Source: Macrostomum lignano (Eukaryota). From it: a stretch of DNA of 64,000 nucleotides. Below are positions 57,055 to 64,000 of the stretch, in pieces. The position numbers were made by a program, and so were the translations under genes. Under the pieces are notes generated by a model. It did not search any database. It saw only the letters and a program-made list of their open reading frames with translations, and was not told where the DNA came from. Position 1 is the stretch's first letter. Every line of letters begins with the position of its first letter. The DNA lies in the NCBI GenBank assembly GCA_002269645.1, contig NIVC01000646.1:348636-412635 (forward strand). The letters run 5' to 3'.

Positions 57055-60000
57055 GAGCAGAAGCAAGCACAGCAACAACAGCCGACTGAATCGGCTGAGC
57101 TCGCCCAGCTCCGCGAGGCGCTGCTGGCCCGCGATGCGGAATTGGCGGCAGCTCGAGCCCGCGCTAAGCGCGATCGCGACGAGGCTGTCCGGCAGGCGCT
57201 GGAGCTGCAGCGGCGCAGCATCAGGGCGCAGGGAGCGCCGGGCGCGCAGTTGGCGGCGAGGCTCCAGCGCGAGTTAGCAGCGCTTCGCCAGGTCTGTCGA
57301 GAGTTGCAGGACCGGCTGGATAGCAGCGATGGCCAGGTGAGGCTGCCAGAAATCATCTTACTTGCTTTTGCTTCCTTCCCTCTGCTTCTCTCTTCCATCT
57401 CTCTGCTCCTCTCTTCCATCTCTCTGCTCCTCTCTTCCATCTCTCTGCTCCTCTCTTCCATCTCTCTGCTCCTCTCTTCCTTCTCTCTGCTCCTCTCTTC
57501 CATCTCTCTGCTCCTCTCTTCCATCTCTCTGCTCCTCTCTTCCATCTCTCTGCTCCTCTCTTCCATCTCTCTGCTCCTCTCTTCCATCTCTCTGCTCCTC
57601 TCTTCGATCTCTCTGCTCCTCTCTTCCATCTCTCTGCTCCTCTCTTCCATCTCTCTGCTCCTCTCTTCCATCTCTCTGCTCCTCTCTTCCATCTCTCTGC
57701 TCCTCTCTTCCATCTCTCTGCTCCTCTCTTCCATGTCTCTGCTCCTCTTTTCCTTCTCTCTGCTCCTCTTTTCCTTCTCTCTGCTCCTCTCTTCCTTCTC
57801 TCTGCTCCTCTCTTCCATCTCTCTGCTCCTCTCTTCCTTCTCTCTGCTCCTCTCTTCCATCTCTCTGCTCCTCTCTTCCATGTCTCTGCTCCTCTTTTCC
57901 TTCTCTCTGCTCCTCTTTTCCATCTCTCTGCTCCTCTTTTCCTTCTCTCTGCTCCTCTCTTCCATCTCTCTGCTCCTCTCTTCCATGTCTCTGCTCCTCT
58001 CTTCCATCTCTCTGCTCCTCTCTTCCATCTCTCTGCTCCTCTTTTCCATCTCTCTGCTCCTCTTTTCCTTCTCTCTGCTCCTCTCTTCCATCTCTCTGCT
58101 CCTCTCTTCCTTCTCTCTGCTCCTCTTTTCCTTCTCTCTGCTCCTCTCTTCCATCTCTCTGCTCCTCTCTTCCTTCTCTCTGCTCCTCTCTTCCATCTCT
58201 CTGCTCCTCTCTTCCATCTCTCTGCTCCTCTCTTCCATCTCTCTGCTCCTCTCTTCCATCTCTCTGCTCCTCTCTTCCTCGGAACGTATATCAAGTCACT
58301 TTTTTATTTGCGTGACGCAAGTTATTAACATACAATTACAACCCAAAAATCGAACACCCACCCATTTTCAGCTTACGCAATCAGTCTGATTGTCAAAGGT
58401 ATGGGAGGGTCATCGCAAACACTTTCAATCGGCACGATTTAATGAATAAGCTTATACGCGTAGAACTGCTAAATTTATCCCATCTTTATCAAGCTTTAAT
58501 TTATTCGCTTCCGTTTTTAGCAGCCAATGACCAATTTAATGTCTTAATTGTTGTACATTTAATTTAGAATTTTAAAAGAGCTAGATAGTTAGACAATTGT
58601 GGACCCAAAACTGGAACTCGCAGGCCCTCAATGCCGACTCAACCATAGACCAGCCACAACACAGCAGCGATGCTGCCCAGCAGCGACAGCTCGAGGAGAC
58701 CGTGGCACAGCTGAGAGTTGAGAACCAGCAACTTGTAAGACACTTTGGCGTGAGCACTTTTGTGCGCCTTTGACACCACACAGCACAGTTTGCTCAGACA
58801 CAACCCAGTCAGCTCTCAGACACAACCCACTCAGCTCTCAGACACAACCCAGTGAACTCAGACACAACCCAGTGAGCTCAGACACAACCCAGTGAACACA
58901 GACACAACCCAGTCAGCTCTCAGACACAACCCAGTGAACTCAGACTCAACCCCCTCCCCTGAAACCCAGACTCAGCGCTGCAAGCAGGCATCAGAGACTG
59001 AAGAGCGAATTCGCGGGCTGAAGAAGCGCAACGCTGAGCTGGCCGCAATCGCTCGTCGTCTAGAAGAGAAAATCAAAGTGCAACAAGAGCGAAGCATCGT
59101 CGAGCAAGAATCGGTTCGTGCTCGTATTTAAAAAAGAATTAGTTTTCTGATATTTCTACTGTAAGTAGGATAAAAGCGTCAAAAAATCCATATACTAAAA
59201 TAATTACTATGTACAGAGTCCCGCAGCTGCTTCAAATTAAAGAAAATTAATTTGTCGATATTTCTACTTCAAGTAGGATAAATGTGGCATTAATTAATTT
59301 TACTTACAGAGTCGCGCAGCCGCTGCGGAGTATCGTCAACAATTGGCAGACAAGGAGCGCGAGCTGGAGTCGCTCAGACTGCTGTACAATGCCAGGGAGG
59401 CTCAGCTCAGGGTGAGTGTAAGCTCGCTGAGTCAGTTGGAAGGGAATTAGCTAATTTAGTACGCATAATAATGCTCTCAATGTTTTGTCAGCAAAAATCC
59501 ATGCGACCTGAGCAGTTTGTTTGCAGTGCACTTGGCTCAGCTCAAATCAGTGCTCAACTGAGCAAGGCTCCTGTTCTCAAATTCGCAGTCAACTCGGAGT
59601 TTGGACTCGGAGACGCTGCAGAGTATGCTCAGGACAGCCGAGCGGGATCGACTGATGCTGGAGAGGCAGCTGGCCTGGAACCGGGTGAGAGGGGATCTGA
59701 TTTAGACTGATAGGGGATTTTTTGTGGCAACTGATCAAATGGGAATCTACCAATTTCGAATGGTTAGTTTTAAAGTTGAGATAAAATAGGAGATTATTAA
59801 AGGAGGTTTGCTTTTAATTGTAGGTTATTTATGGCTCTGTTTTCAGATATTCAGTACAGTTTGCACACATTAGATAGGCATGAATACTAGTGCATAAATC
59901 TTGCTCAACAGCAACCCGTGCTACAATGCGGCGCTCTTTCATAGGAAAGTGCACTCGACTCGGCACCCCGGGTTCCCCTTTGAGCTTAGGGATCTGCGAG

Positions 60001-62063
60001 GGCTAAGGATGGGGAATTGCCGAGCTCTCTGATTGGAGATTGGCAGTTGAGATGTGGGGAGAGAGGCAGAACGCGATGGCCAGGGCTCATTTTCGAGTCT
60101 TCTTTCTCTCTCTCTCCACTTTCTCTTCTGGAGTCCTCGTCGGCCCCGTTCCGTTTCTTCATTTCCCCTGCTGTCCCCCGCTCCCCTGTCTTCTCTCTTC
60201 CCCGCCTTAGTTGTTCCTCGAATAGCTGAAAGAAAAACTTTTTTGACTGCAACTTTCTTAGAATCTGTCGTTCATCCTTCTAGGAGCAGCAGCTGCAGAA
60301 ACAGGCAGGAGCCGCCGCCGCTGCCGCATCACCGATCGAGCCAGCTCATCGGAGCGACTTATCCTGCTTGCCGCCGAGGCAAAACGGCTTGAGCAGATCC
60401 GTCGAGAGCAGGCAGCTGAGCTGGCTTCGCTGCGGCGCCAGGTGTCCGAGTGCCTCAGCTGGTGAGGACGGGTGGGGAGCAAAAACTTTGGGAATAGCTC
60501 AAGAAGTGAGGGGGTAAACGAGATGGGCGGGGATATCAGAGGGGAAATGAGGGGATGAATTAGATGGGTGGGGATATCAGAGGGGAAATGAGGGGATGAA
60601 TGAGATGGGTGGGAACATCAGAGGGGAAATGAGGGGATGAATTAGATGGGTGGGGATATCAGAGGGGAAATGAGGGGATGAATTAGATGGGTGGGGATAT
60701 CAGAGGGGAAATGAGGGGTGAATTAGATGGGTGGGGATATCAGAGGAGAAATGATGGGATGAATTAGATGGATGGGAATATCAGAGGAGAAGTGACCCAC
60801 CCAATTTCACGCTCCATCTTTTTTCTAGGAAAGCGCAGTTGCGGCCAAGTCCAACGAACTTGAGCAGCTAAGAGTACATCTCAACGAATGCACAACCAAG
60901 AACGCTCTGCTGGTGAGAAAGCGATGATGGTTTAACTGAAATTTGTGGGCCTTCAGTCAGTGAAAAATGAATGGACCTGCTGCAGTAATTAAATGTATAG
61001 ATTTTAATCGCAGTTTCATTTTAATCTCGCCCGTGATACTCATATAGTTAATTGATGATAATGAGTTGAGTTCTAAACAACCGCAGGAAAAGCAGCTGAA
61101 CGCCCTACACGAGGACAACACGGCCCTGTCAATCAAGTATTCAGATCTGCAGACTCAGCTGCAGCATTCCGATGAGGTGAGCAGTGGCAGATTGTGTAGT
61201 ATGTGGCTGAGTTTAATAATGGCTTATTTCGCGCCCAATGCAAAGATAAGGATAATAACGGTGGGAAAGCAGTCACGTGATGCAATTTGTACATCGGTTG
61301 AATGTACATTGGGAGCAACTGGTGGGTAATGGACAAAACTAATTGCTATTGTGCCTGGATGAAAGTAGGTCGCATTAATGAAGTAGCTACCCCACAAACT
61401 CCCAACCTCAGGTAATTCAATCCACCAAGCGGCTTGAGGATGCTCTAATTTCCACCGATCGAGACCTGCAACAAAGTCGCAGAGATATGGAACTGATGCG
61501 GTGTCAAATGGCATCCAATGAGCTCATTATGAAGGTACAGAGGTTGCAAATATTTCGTCAATAGTACATTGTTAGCGAATATATATTGCATAACAGGAAA
61601 TATTTGTAATTATTGAAATTATTGATAACAGAACTTATTTTTAGCATCTGTCAGGACATATCATCTATTTTTAACAAGGCGACCTTGAATATACGGTAAT
61701 CTATTTTTAGCATCGCGACCTTGAAATTAATCTATTTTTAGCATCGCGACCTTGAATTCAACCTATTTTTAGCATCGCGACCTTGAAATTAATCTATTTT
61801 TAGCATCGCGACCTTGAAGTCAACCTATTTTTAGCATCGCGACCTTGAAATTAATCTATTTTTAGCATCGCGACCTTGAAGTCAACCTATTTTTAGCATC
61901 GCGACCTTGAAATTAATCTATTTTTAGCATCGCGACCTTGAAATCAATCTATTTTTAGCATATGCGGGAATCCCTGGAGAAGAAGCGCGAACTGGACGGC
62001 GAACAGGCCAGACTGCGCCGACTAATCGAAGAGAAGTCAAGTGGAAGCCTTTTCACAAAAACG
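57055..62063 (+). CDS. Coiled-coil protein, RIM-binding protein (RIMBP/TSPOAP1)-like N-terminal part; 5' and 3' ends not resolved
   Basis: Phase-0 exons 57055-57336, 58624-58734, 58970-59113, 59310-59411, 59589-59684, 60284-60441 (needs +1 base), 60829-60912, 61087-61176, 61959-62063. RIRGLKKRNAELAAIARRLEEK resembles the RIMBP motif KVRxLKRKNAELAVIAKRLEE; SH3/FN3 domains not seen in window. Confidence 0.6.
57375..58280. repeat. 21-bp C/T minisatellite, intronic
   Basis: CTCTCTTCCATCTCTCTGCTC units. Confidence 0.95.
58775..58950. repeat. 22-bp minisatellite, intronic
   Basis: CAGACACAACCCAGTCAGCTCT units. Confidence 0.9.
60510..60795. repeat. 41-bp minisatellite, intronic
   Basis: GAGGGGATGAATTAGATGGGTGGGGATATCAGAGGGGAAAT, ~7 copies. 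Confidence 0.9.
61695..61958. repeat. 31-bp minisatellite made of 3' splice-site copies
   Basis: AATCTATTTTTAG|CATCGCGACCTTGAAATT, 9 AG junctions at 61710+31n. Confidence 0.95.
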
Positions 62064-62989
62064 GTGAATAGTTTCAAACTGTATTTTTCTCAAATACAGT
62101 GCAAAGATGGTTACTAGTTGTACTAATCCTTGGATGGAAGGCGAACTTTGCCCCGTGTCTTCCTCTTCGCGACCTAATTTACTCTGCAGCCGGGTTGCTA
62201 ATTTAAAATTCACTCTCTCGAATTGGGGCGGTAACTCCGAGTTCGCTTCCCTCCTCAGAGACATTTTCAAGCCTGGACAACACGCACTAGCTTCCATCTG
62301 GCTTTTCCATTCAATCTTCTCCATCTAATCATTACTTGCCAAAAGCAAAATTTGAACTGGCAAACAAGTCTTATTTTTTCTCGTGTACGAGTACTAAGTT
62401 TCTCGCTGCGTGTTGCAAGCCCAAATTTTGAAACTCGACGTGAGCACTAAGGAAAGCAGCTGCTCCATTTCTTTGCTAAGTCTCTGCCTGTCCTGTCCCA
62501 GTTTAGCTACAGTGCGCAGTCGGGCCAGGGGAACTCTCTCCAGCGGGGCCAAAGGCAGTTTAGTTTGCTCTCTAGTGCTCAGAACTCGAGATGGATGATC
62601 CACGGGAGAGCGAGAGTTGAGTTTCTTACTCAGAACGCTGGGGCAGCCAGCTATATGTTATAACGGCTGGGCGAGCCTAAGCAGTTATTGATTGAACTGG
62701 CAGCACAGGGACTCGAGGCGATAAAACTCCGGTAGCCAAGATAGCCGCAGAGCGGCAGAGAGATACTCGTAAGAACGGAATGGAGGCGAATGATGCGATG
62801 CAGGCCGTTCGTTTTCAACCAGCGCTTTTTTAACAGTTTAATGGGTTGTACTTTTATCATATACAAAACCCTGCTGTACGGAGTCTACTAGCTGTTTGTA
62901 CTTTTCTATAAGCTCTAATGCAGGGAGAGAGGGGCAAAGTTTTCACCTCAAGGGCTAGATGAAGAATCCAGCTCATGGCCCTGCGGCCA

Positions 62990-63950
62990 GATGAGAGAGG
63001 AGAGAACATAGAATAGAGGAGAGAAAAGAGAGGAAAGAGGATAGTTGAAAGCTGAGATAGGTTAGATGAGATGTGAGTTGAGATGAGGGAGATGTGAGAA
63101 CGAAGATAAGAGGATAGAGGGCAGAGAAGAGAGAAGAGGGGAGGAAGAAAAGAAGGGGATAAAGTAGAGAGGAGGGGAGGGTGGAGAGAAGAGGAGAGGG
63201 TGGAGAGAGGAGGAGAGGGTGGAGAGAAGAGGAGAGGGTGGAGAGAAAAGGAGAGGGTGGAGAGAAGAGGAGAGGGTGGAGAGAAGAGGAGAGGGTTGAG
63301 AGAGGAGGAGAGGGTGGAGAGAAGAGGAGAGGGTGGAGAGAGGAGGAGAGGGTGGAGAGAAGAGGAGAGGGTTGAGAGAGGAGGAGAGGGTGGAGAGAGG
63401 AGGAGAGGGTGGAGAGAGGAGGAGAGGGTGGAGAGAGGAGGAGAGGGTGGAGAGAAGAGGAGAGGGTTGAGAGAGGAGGAGAGGGTGGAGAGAGGAGGAG
63501 AGGGTGGAGAGAGGAGGAGAGGGTGGAGAGAGGAGGAGAGGGTGGAGAGAGGAGGAGAGGGTGGAGAGAGGAGGAGAGGGTGGAGAGAGGAGGAGAGGGT
63601 GGAGAGAAGAGGAGAGGGTGGAGAGAAGAGGAGAGGGTGGAGAGAAGAGGAGAGGGTGGAGAGAAGAGGAGAGGGTGGAGAGAGGAGGAGAGGGTGGAGA
63701 GAAGAGGAGAGGGTGGAGAGAGGAGGAGAGGGTGGAGAGAGGAGGGAGGTGGAGAGAGGAGGAGAGGGTGGAGAGAAGAGGAGAGGGTGGAGAGAGGAGG
63801 AGAGGGTGGAGAGAGGAGGAGAGGGTGGAGAGAAGAGAGGAGAAAGGAGAGGAGAGTGGAGAGAAGAGGGAGAGGGGGAGTGGAGAGAAAAGGGGGAGTG
63901 GAGAGAAGAGGGAGGAGTGGAGAGAAAAGGGGAAAGAAGAAAGAAGAGAG
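62990..63950. repeat. GA-rich ~19-bp minisatellite
   Basis: GGAGAGGGTGGAGAGAGGA units with degenerate purine flanks. Confidence 0.95.
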
Positions 63951-64000
63951 CTGAGCAGAGACACAAAGCCTGAGCGGGCCGGATTGCCATTGTGAAGTTT

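Noticed and set aside
56907-58389. MEERSRE and SSISLLL repeat ORFs
   Set aside because: 21-bp intronic minisatellite after a good GTGAGG donor at 57337.

Overview
Eukaryotic (metazoan, probably flatworm; the GC-rich exons, GTGAG donors and satellite-filled introns resemble Macrostomum lignano, which is an inference) genomic window with no prokaryotic features. I reconstructed five spliced + strand genes by hand from splice sites and reading-frame phase: an 8-exon SLC16/MCT monocarboxylate transporter (12713-29493), a 6-exon PGAP2/Frag1-like gene (33526-37155), a 2-exon METTL7-like methyltransferase (42123-44528), a 3-exon secreted, highly divergent FGF-like ligand with a long basic tail (46565-51893; not visible in the ORF track as one unit), and the coiled-coil exons of a RIM-binding-protein-like gene (57055-62063, incomplete). 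Mobile DNA: an internally deleted Harbinger element, a foldback MULE-like element, a hAT derivative with two left ends, a MULE MITE, a 5'-truncated LINE, two copies of a tRNA-derived SINE and a full-length mariner whose catalytic triad is DD34N. Most long ORFs in the track are artefacts of about 30 different tandem arrays; nearly every intron carries its own satellite, and some arrays are built from splice-site sequence.
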